Shown: positions 19,158 to 28,158, counted from the first letter of the stretch. The stretch: DNA of 64,000 nt from Bacteroidales bacterium (GCA_038212325.1 JBBQUQ010000002.1:1961-65960), one strand, 5' to 3'. Program-made: numbers and translations. The notes: a model not told the origin generated them from the letters alone.

Positions 19158-19559
19158 TTATTTGTTTGGTTTTGTTGCCGGTGCATTACTCCCCTTGCTG
19201 CCGCAACAATTCCCATGCTGGTGGCCCTGTCCGCCGCATTTGGCAGCACCCTGGCCTTTTCCACAACCACTTCCGAAACCTTGTCCTTTGCCGTTGCAGG
19301 TGCCTGTCCCTTTGCATTTACCGGTAGTTCCGCAGTTGTCGCATTTGCCGTCGCCATTTTTATCAACGAAATTCTTGCCCTGCATGGCTGGCTTAGCGCA
19401 ACAACTATTTTTGCTGATGTCTGATTTATCAGTGGGGGCGGTGACTGATTTTGTGTCGGTTTGTGCAGAATTGTCGGTTGCAGCCGCCTGCGAGAAGGTC
19501 ATCCCGGAAAAAAATGCCAGCAGGATAAAAGTTAAAAAAATTCTTGATGCAGTTTTCAT
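19158..19559 (-). CDS. secreted Cys/Gly/Lys-rich low-complexity protein (metallothionein-like, hypothetical)
   Basis: Signal peptide MKTASRIFLTFILLAFFSGMTFSQA. The mature part has 10 Cys in CC, CxxC and GxGxC contexts (KCDNCGTTGKCKGTGTCNGKGQGFGSGCGKGQGAAKCGG...NCCGSKG). It lies 75 nt upstream of the ECF sigma gene on the same strand. Confidence 0.6.
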   Translation of the reverse strand: MKTASRIFLTFILLAFFSGMTFSQAAATDNSAQTDTKSVTAPTDKSDISKNSCCAKPAMQGKNFVDKNGDGKCDNCGTTGKCKGTGTCNGKGQGFGSGCGKGQGAAKCGGQGHQHGNCCGSKGSNAPATKPNK

Positions 19560-19644
19560 TTTTTGTCTGTTTTAGTGAATGAATAAAGAATATGTAAGTT
19601 AGACAACATAATAATGAAAAACTTGCGGTCCTGCTGAAAATATT

Positions 19645-20739
19645 TTATTTTTTGCAGGGATAATTCACCGCACGCATGTCGCAGTTGTGTGTTTCGCAGC
19701 AGGTATCACAAACACGTTTGAACACTCTGAAACCGGTAAGTTCAATATTTCCTGATTCATAATCCACCCTGGCCGGCTCTTGTCGCATGAGGTCGGTGCT
19801 GAGGTATTTTTTATTGCAATCAGCAAAAACAGTAACCACCGCGGCATCTGGTCCAAGTTCATTCTGGATCTTCAGGGCTCCGAGGAAATTGGCCCCCGAG
19901 GATATCCCCACAGCAAGGCCAAGCTGTCTGGAGAGTTTCTGGGCGAGGATAATTGAGTCGCCATCCGGAACTGCGACAATCCGGTCGAGCTGGTCAAGTT
20001 TAACGATTGCAGGAATAAACTCATCGCTGATGCCCTGTATACGGTGGCTTCCCACTTTGTGACCGGTCGACATGGTTGGAGATTCGGCCGGTTCCAGCGG
20101 GTGTATTTTAATTGAGGGGCTTAACGATTTCAGGTACCGTCCAACACCCATCACTGTACCCCCGGTTCCGACACCTGCGATAAATGCATCCGGTGTTATC
20201 CCTTGATAAGCAAGCTGGTACCATATTTCAGGTCCGGTCGTTTTCTCATGTGCTTCAGCATTGGCATCATTGGAGAACTGCTGCGGCAGAAAGATATCAG
20301 GTTCACGGGCGGCAATCTCTTCCGACATCCGGATGCTTCCGAGAAAACCACCCTGCTCTTTTGAAACCGGGATGATTTGTGCACCAAGGCTCTTGATGAT
20401 ATCAACCCGCTCTTTGCTCATCCAGTCGGGCATGATGATGCAAACGTTGTGCCCAAGGGCCTTACCAATGGCCGCAAATGCAATACCGGTGTTGCCGCTT
20501 GTTGCCTCCACGATGGTATCGCCGGGCTTGATGCGGTTTTCCGAATAAGCACGTTCCAGGATATACAGTGCCATCCGGTCTTTGATACTTCCTGTTATGT
20601 TATAGTGTTCGGACTTTGCATAAATAATCCTTTTATCACCCTTGTATCTGAACTCGATGGCAAGCATGGGTGAGTTACCGATAAGGCGCCATAAATCGAT
20701 GAAGCGAAGTTTGAACTTGTTGTCAATAGGTGAAATCAT
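19645..20739 (-). CDS. cysteine-synthase-fold (CysK/CysM-like) PLP enzyme with a Cys-rich C-terminal extension
   Basis: PLP lysine context TGSIKDR, plus the TSGNTG, GVGTGGT and SSGAN motifs. There are about 45 extra C-terminal residues ending [22 protein letters not shown]. Confidence 0.85.
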   Translation of the reverse strand: MISPIDNKFKLRFIDLWRLIGNSPMLAIEFRYKGDKRIIYAKSEHYNITGSIKDRMALYILERAYSENRIKPGDTIVEATSGNTGIAFAAIGKALGHNVCIIMPDWMSKERVDIIKSLGAQIIPVSKEQGGFLGSIRMSEEIAAREPDIFLPQQFSNDANAEAHEKTTGPEIWYQLAYQGITPDAFIAGVGTGGTVMGVGRYLKSLSPSIKIHPLEPAESPTMSTGHKVGSHRIQGISDEFIPAIVKLDQLDRIVAVPDGDSIILAQKLSRQLGLAVGISSGANFLGALKIQNELGPDAAVVTVFADCNKKYLSTDLMRQEPARVDYESGNIELTGFRVFKRVCDTCCETHNCDMRAVNYPCKK

Positions 20740-20871
20740 GATAACTATTTATGAGCCGGATTTTAATGGCAGGGATTAAGCGGCTACAAAAATAGGAAAA
20801 AACAGCAATGAAAGGATTCATGCCGTAACCTTATCAGCGAAAATTGGTCGGAAAGTGAAGGATCACTTCCG

Positions 20872-22338
20872 TTATTTCAGGTTGAACCAGGAGTCAATCC
20901 GGCCATTGTGCGTGGGGCCGTTTTTATGCCTGAACTCGTTGGTATGCTTATCGTAAACATAATCAGCTCCCCAAGCCTTGTGCTTCATGACGATCTTTTC
21001 GATAGCCCTGATGATAAAAAGCAGTTCACGGTCCTTCATGGTTGGGTGGAGCGATAACCTCACCCAGCCAGGTTTTTCTGACAGATCGCCGGTGTTGATC
21101 TTGTCGGTGATTTTTTTTGATCGTTCATGGCTGACATTAAGCAGGAAGTGCCCGTATGTTCCTGCGCATGCACATCCTCCCCTTACCTGTATTCCAAAGC
21201 GGTCGCTTAACAACTGCACCATGAGGTTATAATGGATCGAATCAGCATAAAATGAGATGATGCCCAGCCGGTCGGTGATGTTATCTGCCAGGATATGGAT
21301 GCCCGGTATTTTTTTTAGTTTACTGAAGGCAAGGCTGACCAGACTGTTTTCACGTTCGTGCATCTTTGCAACATTCATCTGATCTTTAAGCTCAATTGCC
21401 AGTGCTGTCCTGATTGCCTGTAGAAAACCGGGAGTGCCTCCATCCTCACGGATTTCGATATCATCAATAAATTTATATTCACCCCAGGCATTGGTCCAGT
21501 CCACGGTTCCGCCACCGGGCTGATCGGGCACTTTACTGTGGTAAAGGGATGAGTCAAATATAAGAACACCTGATGATCCGGGGCCCCCGAGAAATTTATG
21601 AGGTGAGAACATCACGGCATCAAGTTTTTCCATCGGATCGTCGGGGTGCATGTCGATCGTATCATAAGGTGCGGATGCCGCAAAGTCAATAAATGCAAGC
21701 CCGCCATGTTCATGCATAAGCCGCGCCATGGCATGGTAGGGTGTGCAGATACCGGTTACATTCGAGCAAGCTGTAAAAGAGCCGATTTTCAGCTTGCGGT
21801 CTTTATACTTTACCAGGGCATTTTCGAGGTGGTTCAAATCAACCAGCAAATCGCTGCCCGGAGGTATGACTTCCACATCGGCTGCCGTTTCATACCATGA
21901 GGTGTGATTTGAGTGATGCTCCATATGGGTGATAAAAACCACCGGCCGGTCGTTATCTTTCAAGCAGGATTGTCCGTTGACCACTCCGCATGATTTCAGG
22001 CCTAAAATACGCTGAAACTTTACAACTGCGCCTGTCATCCCGAATCCGGTCATTATGATAACATCCTTAGGCCCAGCATTGACATGCTTTTTGATACGCT
22101 GCTGAGCCTGGTGATATGCTTTGGTCATCAGGCGGCCGGTTTCGGACGTTTCGGTATGTGTATTGCCGATAAACGGGCCAATTGATTTGCAGATTATCTT
22201 CTCAATCGGGCCATACAGGCGGCCGCTCGCGATCCAGTCGGCATAAATCACCTTCTTACGCCCGTAAGGCGAAAGGTAATGCTGCCTTAGTCCGATAATT
22301 TGTTTACGGAATTGATTAAAATATTGTTCAGTGCTCAT
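20872..22338 (-). CDS. class-V aminotransferase-fold PLP enzyme (cysteine-desulfurase-like)
   Basis: FSPHKF PLP-lysine context and a RGGCACAG segment at the position of the desulfurase active-site Cys loop. I chose the ATG at 22338 so it does not overlap the upstream gene. Confidence 0.82.
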   Translation of the reverse strand: MSTEQYFNQFRKQIIGLRQHYLSPYGRKKVIYADWIASGRLYGPIEKIICKSIGPFIGNTHTETSETGRLMTKAYHQAQQRIKKHVNAGPKDVIIMTGFGMTGAVVKFQRILGLKSCGVVNGQSCLKDNDRPVVFITHMEHHSNHTSWYETAADVEVIPPGSDLLVDLNHLENALVKYKDRKLKIGSFTACSNVTGICTPYHAMARLMHEHGGLAFIDFAASAPYDTIDMHPDDPMEKLDAVMFSPHKFLGGPGSSGVLIFDSSLYHSKVPDQPGGGTVDWTNAWGEYKFIDDIEIREDGGTPGFLQAIRTALAIELKDQMNVAKMHERENSLVSLAFSKLKKIPGIHILADNITDRLGIISFYADSIHYNLMVQLLSDRFGIQVRGGCACAGTYGHFLLNVSHERSKKITDKINTGDLSEKPGWVRLSLHPTMKDRELLFIIRAIEKIVMKHKAWGADYVYDKHTNEFRHKNGPTHNGRIDSWFNLK

Positions 22339-22351
22339 AAAACAGTCAGGA

Positions 22352-22693
22352 TCAGGGGCAGCAGCAAGTATTTGCTTCCTGGCGGTATCTGTTTTCCAGG
22401 AAATGGACATATGCATTGGTGATGAATGTTTCACCGGTCAGGATGATTTCTTTGTTTTGCGCAGCAATGTGTTTGGTCATCGACGGGCCAACATTTTTTG
22501 TCATGATCACCTCACAGTCTTTGATCGGGTCCAGGAGTCCGTCTGGCGAGCATAGAATATCACTGAGTTTGTTCCATCTCATCTCTTCCTGGATAATTTC
22601 TCCAAGTTCGACGGACAGGATGAGAAAACCCCTGGCCTGTCCGAAAGTGCTGCTCAATGTCAGTCCGTCGTTGGTTGGTATCGCTATTTTCAT
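22352..22693 (-). CDS. NifB/NifX-family (dinitrogenase FeMo-cofactor-binding domain) small protein
   Basis: MKIAIPTNDG...FGQARGFLI... is the usual start of this family. The C-terminus ends ...ANTCCCP. Confidence 0.7.
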   Translation of the reverse strand: MKIAIPTNDGLTLSSTFGQARGFLILSVELGEIIQEEMRWNKLSDILCSPDGLLDPIKDCEVIMTKNVGPSMTKHIAAQNKEIILTGETFITNAYVHFLENRYRQEANTCCCP

Positions 22694-22743
22694 ATCCGGT
22701 TTTTCATTGGTGCCGTTTACGCTTTAATCAGTTTCCTGAGTTG

Positions 22744-22751
22744 CAAAGGTA
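22744..22751 (-). promoter_or_regulatory. candidate -7 box (TACCTTTG on minus strand) for the nifX-like operon
   Basis: CAAAGGTA on the plus strand, 51 nt upstream of the ATG at 22693. Confidence 0.35.
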
Positions 22752-22925
22752 GACAGTACATGTGCCGGAAACAGTTGAATTTACGTGATAGTTGATCTGA
22801 TCGGAGGTGAGAGCCAACATGTGAAACAGTGAAAACAATCAATACATAACGTGATATATAGCATAAAATATTGAGACAAATAGCACATTGCCTTATGCCG
22901 AATATTTCAGACCTTTACAAAAATA

Positions 22926-23645
22926 ATGAAAGGGAGCAGTTTTATGTACCGGGAGAACCATGTCAAAACAACCTCATGCCGTGATTGCAAGGTGAAATCG
23001 TGCGCAGCAGCAGTGCTGGAAACATCTGAAATTGACCTGGTTACTGCGAACAGTCGCGAGACCCAATTCAGGAAAGGCGACATCATCCTTCATGAGGGAT
23101 CGATGACGTCTCATATTATTTACCTGAAGGCGGGACTTGTAAAGGAGTACCAGAAGGGACCCGGCGATACGGAACAGATCCTGCAGATTGTGAAAAAATT
23201 CACCTACCTGGGATTGCCGTCACTTTTTGGCGACAAAATCAATCATTACTCTTACGGAGCTCTTGAAGATATAACGGTTTGCTACATTGACCTGGCGACC
23301 TTTACACAACTCATCCGGCAGAACGGTAATTTCGCCTTTGAGATTCTGGTTTCAGTAAGCCGCGACAGCCTGAACAATTTTCACCGTTTCATGAGCCAGT
23401 CTCAGAAAAAAACCTATGGCCGTGTTGCCGATGCGCTTATTTATTTTTCACAAATCATCTATGAATGCGAATCATTTGAGCTTCCATTCACCCGGCAGGA
23501 ACTTGCCGACCTGATCGGCATATCGAGGGAGAGTGCCACAAGGGTTCTTGCAAAATTCAAAGAAGACGGGATTTTGCGCATGGAAGGGCGGACAATCGAA
23601 ATTGTCAATGCCCTTTTATTGCAGCAGATAAGTAAAAACGGGTAA
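22926..23645 (+). CDS. Crp/Fnr-family transcriptional regulator with an FNR-like cysteine pattern
   Basis: cNMP-binding fold plus a C-terminal HTH (RQELADLIGISRESATRVL). Cys18-x2-Cys21-x4-Cys26 plus Cys119 resembles the E. coli FNR ligand pattern. An alternative ATG lies at 22944. Confidence 0.85.
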   Translation: MKGSSFMYRENHVKTTSCRDCKVKSCAAAVLETSEIDLVTANSRETQFRKGDIILHEGSMTSHIIYLKAGLVKEYQKGPGDTEQILQIVKKFTYLGLPSLFGDKINHYSYGALEDITVCYIDLATFTQLIRQNGNFAFEILVSVSRDSLNNFHRFMSQSQKKTYGRVADALIYFSQIIYECESFELPFTRQELADLIGISRESATRVLAKFKEDGILRMEGRTIEIVNALLLQQISKNG

Positions 23646-23657
23646 TGAATTCCCGGC

Positions 23658-24158
23658 TCAGGTGAAGATGATTTGCGTTTGCAGTCCGCCGCACTTTTCA
23701 TAGAACTGGCCAACTGTGAGCACCTCTTTTACACCTTCCCACAAATCATCTTTCTTCAGTTTGAACATGTCCATAGCCAGTTTGCACGCGAAAACTTCGC
23801 CGCCGCCGGCTTCAATCATTTCGAGAAATTCTTTGACCGGGGGAATGTCGAGCTTTTCCATCTGGCTGCGCATCATGGCAGAAACTCCTGTCTCAACCCC
23901 GGGAATTACACCCAGCAGGGTGGGGAACGGGAGACCGCCGGGCATGCGCATGGCAGGATTGCCAACAACACCGGTATGCAGGCCGTTCATGGTTTTTTTT
24001 GTAATAGCATCAAGGCCAAAGAAAGTGAAGAATATTTTTGTTTCAATTCCTTCCATCACGGCGCCATTACCCATCACCAATGCTGCGTATACGTCCTCAA
24101 GGGTGCCTTTTGCACAGATGATGCAGACTTTTTTTAAGGGAAATTCTTCGTTTGCCAT
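23658..24158 (-). CDS. DsrE/DsrF-like sulfur-relay family protein
   Basis: KKVCIICAKGTLEDVYAALVM...FFTFFGL... is typical of the DsrE/COG2210 family. It is the last gene of the sqr operon. Confidence 0.78.
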   Translation of the reverse strand: MANEEFPLKKVCIICAKGTLEDVYAALVMGNGAVMEGIETKIFFTFFGLDAITKKTMNGLHTGVVGNPAMRMPGGLPFPTLLGVIPGVETGVSAMMRSQMEKLDIPPVKEFLEMIEAGGGEVFACKLAMDMFKLKKDDLWEGVKEVLTVGQFYEKCGGLQTQIIFT

Positions 24159-24214
24159 TGTATAAATTTTAAAGTTTTAGGATGTTATGCAGTATCCTGA
24201 ATATTAATAACTCG

Positions 24215-24526
24215 TTAAACGCATGAGGCGGGTTTCGGAATCCCGGCAACTTTCGCTGCTTTTTTCATGGGAGCTCCGGGAAAGAGGCCATAGAAGCCTT
24301 TGATGTCGATAATCCCCGAATTTCCGACCGAGCGGATGGTGAGGGCTTCGCCTTTGGCAAACCGTTCCCTGAGAAATTCCAGAACTGCGTAATGCTTGTC
24401 GGTAAGCTGTATTCCTTCTTCCCGGGCGATTTCCAGCGCCAACTCTTTGGTCCACTGTGCCGGGTTGGTGAAGTAACCCTCTTCGTTCACGTCGACGGTG
24501 ACGCCTGCGATGATTTTCTGTGCCAT
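24215..24526 (-). CDS. TusE/DsrC-family sulfur-relay protein (single terminal Cys, TusE type)
   Basis: EEGYF.NP..W...A, LTDKHYAVLEFLR and a C-terminal ...PKPASCV with the conserved penultimate Cys. There is no second Cys 10 residues upstream. ATG at 24526. Confidence 0.85.
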   Translation of the reverse strand: MAQKIIAGVTVDVNEEGYFTNPAQWTKELALEIAREEGIQLTDKHYAVLEFLRERFAKGEALTIRSVGNSGIIDIKGFYGLFPGAPMKKAAKVAGIPKPASCV

Positions 24527-24572
24527 ACTTTTCAAATTTAGAATTACGGTTAACGAATTATGAAATAACAAT

Positions 24573-25148
24573 TCACCGGCTTTTTTCCGGGTTCATAGCT
24601 TGCAAAAGTCTTAAAGTATATGATAAGGATTTCCTTACGTCAGGAGAATTCAGTTGTTTTACCAAACCGAAAAGTGATTTATTGTCCAGTTTGTCATCCA
24701 TCCTGATCTCTGCAACGGCCTTTGAGGTGCGGCTAAGCGCTGCAATCACATCGGGCCGGGTGAGGTTTTTGATGATTTCAAAATAGCCTTTCTGCTCGAA
24801 TTCATTCATTTTGTTTACCGCATCGAGCCCTACCTGGTGGAGGATTGGGGATATATCTTTCATGAAATCCTTTGCACTCTCGATCATTTCAAGCATTTCA
24901 TAGAAGGTGTCGATGTTTTGCAGGAGTTTGACCAGCAGCATGGGTATTCCGCTGTGATCAAGTTCAACCTGCGATTTGTCGAGCATCACCACGGTATGAT
25001 GGAAGGCGTCTTTCGCCACAATGCTCAAATCAGAGACCAGGTCATCCAATTCCTCCCGGTTCCGTTTCTGCTGCTCGATGCTTTCAAGCACCAAGTCCAT
25101 CTTCCGGTTCAGCGCTGCGATTTGTTCCTGGATGTTATTTTCAGGCAT
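24573..25148 (-). CDS. DUF1641-like protein
   Basis: Coiled N-terminal half and a C-terminal region resembling DUF1641. That family typically accompanies SQR/NADH-dehydrogenase-type flavoproteins, as it does here. Confidence 0.65.
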   Translation of the reverse strand: MPENNIQEQIAALNRKMDLVLESIEQQKRNREELDDLVSDLSIVAKDAFHHTVVMLDKSQVELDHSGIPMLLVKLLQNIDTFYEMLEMIESAKDFMKDISPILHQVGLDAVNKMNEFEQKGYFEIIKNLTRPDVIAALSRTSKAVAEIRMDDKLDNKSLFGLVKQLNSPDVRKSLSYTLRLLQAMNPEKSR

Positions 25149-25159
25149 AACTCAATGGA

Positions 25160-26389
25160 TTACATTTTTTTACCAGCCATGGTCATTTTCGAATCGATAG
25201 GCATCTCTTTGCCTTTCAGCAGGATATGCCAGTAAATCCAGCGGAACAGCAGTTTCCCGTAATGGTTCATCCGGGTCTCCTTTAGCAATCCGAACGGGCC
25301 AATCCCGGGAAACGGGAAGGACCCGGGCAGCGGTTCGGTGTCATAATTAAAGTCGATCAGCGCGCCTTTGCCAAACCCTGTTTCGATGTAGCAATTTGAA
25401 TGGCCGTCGAATGATTCGGTAAACGGTCGGTTTTCTATGGCGCACATCAGGTTTTCAGTGAGCACGTCGGCTTGGAAATGCACCACCGATCCTGCTTTGG
25501 AGGTGGGGAAATTTCCGGCATCGCCGATTACAAAGATATTGGGAAACAGGTCCGATTGCAGGGTGTGCTTGTGTGCTTTTGCAAAATCCATCTCGTCGCC
25601 AAGCCCGCTGCGTCCGATCATTGCATCACCTTTATGAACGGGGATTGTGACCAGGCAGTCGAACGGAATCTCCCGCTCATCATAGGAAACAAGAGTTTTC
25701 TTATCATTGTTCACCTTCTCGAGGTAGAAATCGGGGATGATGTTGATATTTTTTTCTTCGAGCAGGGCTCCGAGCACTTTCGATGCCCTGGGCTTCGTGA
25801 ATGCTCCCGACATGGGGGTTGCATAGGAAATGTTGACTTTGCTGCGAATGCCGCGTTCGACGAAGAAAGCATCGGCAAACATGACGAATTCGAGCGGAGC
25901 CACCGGGCATTTAATGGGAATGTCAGCGATGTTCAGTACCAGTTCGCCACCCTGCCAGGTTTTAAAAAAGTCGGCCAGGGCCAGTGCCCCTTCAATCGTA
26001 TAGAAATCAAAAACGCGCTGATGCCACAGCGGTCCTTTGAGCCCCGGCGTCTCGTCGGGCACAACCCTTGTGCCGGTGGCAATGATAAGGAAATCGTACT
26101 TCAGGGAAACTCCATCTTTTAAAATGACATGGTTTTCCGCTCCGTTGATGCGGTCTATCTCCTGGAAAATCACATTCACCCCAAGAGGAATGAAGGTTGT
26201 TTTTGGCTTTACCACGTCTTCCCTTTTGTACATGCCGAAAGGTATGAAGAGAAACCCCGGCTGGTAATAGTGGGTTTTATGCTGATCGATGATGCTGATA
26301 TCCCAATCTTCACGTGAGAGAATTTTCCGCATCTTGTTGGCCATGATGGTGCCGCCGGTACCCGCGCCAAGGATCAATAAACGTTTCAT
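25160..26389 (-). CDS. sqr: sulfide:quinone oxidoreductase-type FAD-dependent oxidoreductase
   Basis: GAGTGG dinucleotide fold. Redox Cys contexts IKCPVAPLE and HSNCYIETG lie at the positions expected for SQR. Confidence 0.82.
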   Translation of the reverse strand: MKRLLILGAGTGGTIMANKMRKILSREDWDISIIDQHKTHYYQPGFLFIPFGMYKREDVVKPKTTFIPLGVNVIFQEIDRINGAENHVILKDGVSLKYDFLIIATGTRVVPDETPGLKGPLWHQRVFDFYTIEGALALADFFKTWQGGELVLNIADIPIKCPVAPLEFVMFADAFFVERGIRSKVNISYATPMSGAFTKPRASKVLGALLEEKNINIIPDFYLEKVNNDKKTLVSYDEREIPFDCLVTIPVHKGDAMIGRSGLGDEMDFAKAHKHTLQSDLFPNIFVIGDAGNFPTSKAGSVVHFQADVLTENLMCAIENRPFTESFDGHSNCYIETGFGKGALIDFNYDTEPLPGSFPFPGIGPFGLLKETRMNHYGKLLFRWIYWHILLKGKEMPIDSKMTMAGKKM

Positions 26390-26411
26390 TCCTGAAGGAT
26401 TAATTTATTTT

Positions 26412-26435
26412 ATATGTATGCACAAAAATACATAT
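26412..26435. promoter_or_regulatory. candidate sqr promoter/operator: 8-bp inverted repeat ATATGTAT-N8-ATACATAT overlapping a -7 box (TATTTTTG on minus strand, 26423-26430)
   Basis: Both elements are read directly. The -7 box lies 34 nt upstream of the sqr ATG. Confidence 0.4.
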
Positions 26436-26581
26436 ATGATTAATACGATTTGTATATTTGTTATAAAATTAACAAAAAAATATTCAGTCCGAATATAAAA
26501 ACGGGATTATTCCCATGAAGTGTAATAAATAAGCAGGAAAATTCCAGGATGGCCAGGAAATAGCAGGGAAGGAATGAAGGA

Positions 26582-26806
26582 TCAGTCTTGCTTCTCGGTC
26601 TGGTCGGCAGGTGGTGTTTTACCGGATGGTTTCTTTAAATCTTCTTCAAAGCCATCCATGCCATCTTTAAAACTTTTAACCCCTTTGCCCATACCTTTCA
26701 TGAGTTCAGGGATTTTTCTGCCGCCAAAAAGCAGGAGAATGACCAGGGCGATAAGCAGCAACTCCGTGGTGCCAAGACCGAAAATCAGTAAGACGCTCAA
26801 TATCAT
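26582..26806 (-). CDS. tatA: twin-arginine translocase subunit TatA/E
   Basis: [47 protein letters not shown] is canonical TatA. ATG at 26806. Confidence 0.87.
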   Translation of the reverse strand: MILSVLLIFGLGTTELLLIALVILLLFGGRKIPELMKGMGKGVKSFKDGMDGFEEDLKKPSGKTPPADQTEKQD

Positions 26807-26833
26807 GGTTCGGGTTTTTAAAGGGATGCCATG

Positions 26834-26841
26834 CAAAGATA
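26834..26841 (-). promoter_or_regulatory. candidate -7 box (TATCTTTG on minus strand) for tatA
   Basis: CAAAGATA on the plus strand, 28 nt upstream of the tatA ATG. Confidence 0.35.
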
Positions 26842-26898
26842 CAAATCTATACTGACTGTCATCAAAAAATGAAGTTTTTACATGTGATTCAAAGCCTT

Positions 26899-28158
26899 TT
26901 AAAGTAGATTTTCGGCCTGCAGCTGGAATGGCGTGATAAAAAAGAGGCAGGAATCCCCGTAGCTTAGAAAACGAAAATCGTTTTGGAGGGCATAGTCATA
27001 GGCGGTTCGCCAACCATTGCCGATCATGGCAGCGACCAGCAGGAGCAAGGTGCTTTGCGGCATGTGAAAATTGGTGATGATGCCTGAAATGAGCCGGTAT
27101 TGATATCCCGGAACGATCATGAGCTGGGTTTCTCCCGAATACGCCTCCAGTTGATGTTCCATCATGTATCTGAGCAGGGCTGAAAGAGACTGCTGCACAG
27201 TAATGTTAGCGGTCGGATTCAAATTATACGGGTCCCATTGCAGCACAGCGGGGTGCAGCCACGGGCCTTCAGCGATCAGTTTAACCCCCAGCCAGTATAG
27301 GCTTTCCAGTGTTCGCGCAGAGGTTGTGCCAACCGCAAAAACCGGTCGTTTCAAATTCCCAAGCAACCGTTCAATGATTTTTCGAGGAACAACGATTTTT
27401 TCGCGATGCATCACATGGTCACTGATGTTTCCGGCGCCAACCGGGCGGAATGTGCCAACGCCCACATGTAAAGTGACATTTTCTGTTTCTATCCCTTTTG
27501 CGCGAACTTTTTCAAGAAGCGGGGCTGTAAAATGCAAGCCGGCCGTAGGGGCGGCAACCGAGCCGTCATGTTCGGCATAAATGGTTTGATAGCGTTCATT
27601 ATCCAGCAATTCTGCAGCACGGTTAATATAAGGAGGCAACGGGATCTGCCCCATCAGGTCAAGAATCTCAGAAAATGTTTTCTCCGGAGGGTTCCAGCGA
27701 AAGGCGATCTCATAGGATCCGTCGCCACAACTGCGGATCAGACTGGCAAACAATTGATGCGTATCGTGTTCATGCCGATATTCCAGCATGAGTGTGCCGG
27801 ATTTCCACTTTTTCAGATTTCCAACCAGGCATTTCCAGGTTGAGGCGGCTTGCTGGTGAAATGCGGCCTGGATCTCGCAGGTTGGAGACAACGGTTCGAG
27901 GCAGAAAATTTCGACCTGTGCGCCGGTGGGTTTTAAAAAGATAAGTCTTGCATGAATCACCCGGGTATTGTTAAAAATCAACAAACTGTTTCCGGGGAGG
28001 TGCTGGTCGATATTTGAAAATACATCCTCTGTGATCAGCCCCTGTTGGTATATTAACAGCTTCGACGCATCGCGCAATGGCATCGGAAACCGTGCGATCT
28101 TCTCATCAGGTAAAGGGTAGTCATAGTCCTGGATGCGTATGCTGTCGGGGTCAAACAT
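26899..28158 (-). CDS. queA: S-adenosylmethionine:tRNA ribosyltransferase-isomerase
   Basis: [25 protein letters not shown]...[12 protein letters not shown] and TLHVG.GTF motifs. ATG at 28158 (the track start at 28176 is TTG). Confidence 0.92.
   Translation of the reverse strand: MFDPDSIRIQDYDYPLPDEKIARFPMPLRDASKLLIYQQGLITEDVFSNIDQHLPGNSLLIFNNTRVIHARLIFLKPTGAQVEIFCLEPLSPTCEIQAAFHQQAASTWKCLVGNLKKWKSGTLMLEYRHEHDTHQLFASLIRSCGDGSYEIAFRWNPPEKTFSEILDLMGQIPLPPYINRAAELLDNERYQTIYAEHDGSVAAPTAGLHFTAPLLEKVRAKGIETENVTLHVGVGTFRPVGAGNISDHVMHREKIVVPRKIIERLLGNLKRPVFAVGTTSARTLESLYWLGVKLIAEGPWLHPAVLQWDPYNLNPTANITVQQSLSALLRYMMEHQLEAYSGETQLMIVPGYQYRLISGIITNFHMPQSTLLLLVAAMIGNGWRTAYDYALQNDFRFLSYGDSCLFFITPFQLQAENLL

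Noticed and set aside
20740-20871. Riboswitch or attenuator between the class-V enzyme gene and the CysK-like gene
   Set aside because: Only one modest bulged hairpin (about 20845-20866) is visible. I could recognise no SAM or other riboswitch consensus by eye.
22783-22856. ACGTGATA occurring twice in the nifX-like/crp intergenic region, as a regulator binding site
   Set aside because: Two 8-mers without dyad symmetry or a known consensus could be chance. I mention it only as a lead under the FNR-like regulator finding.
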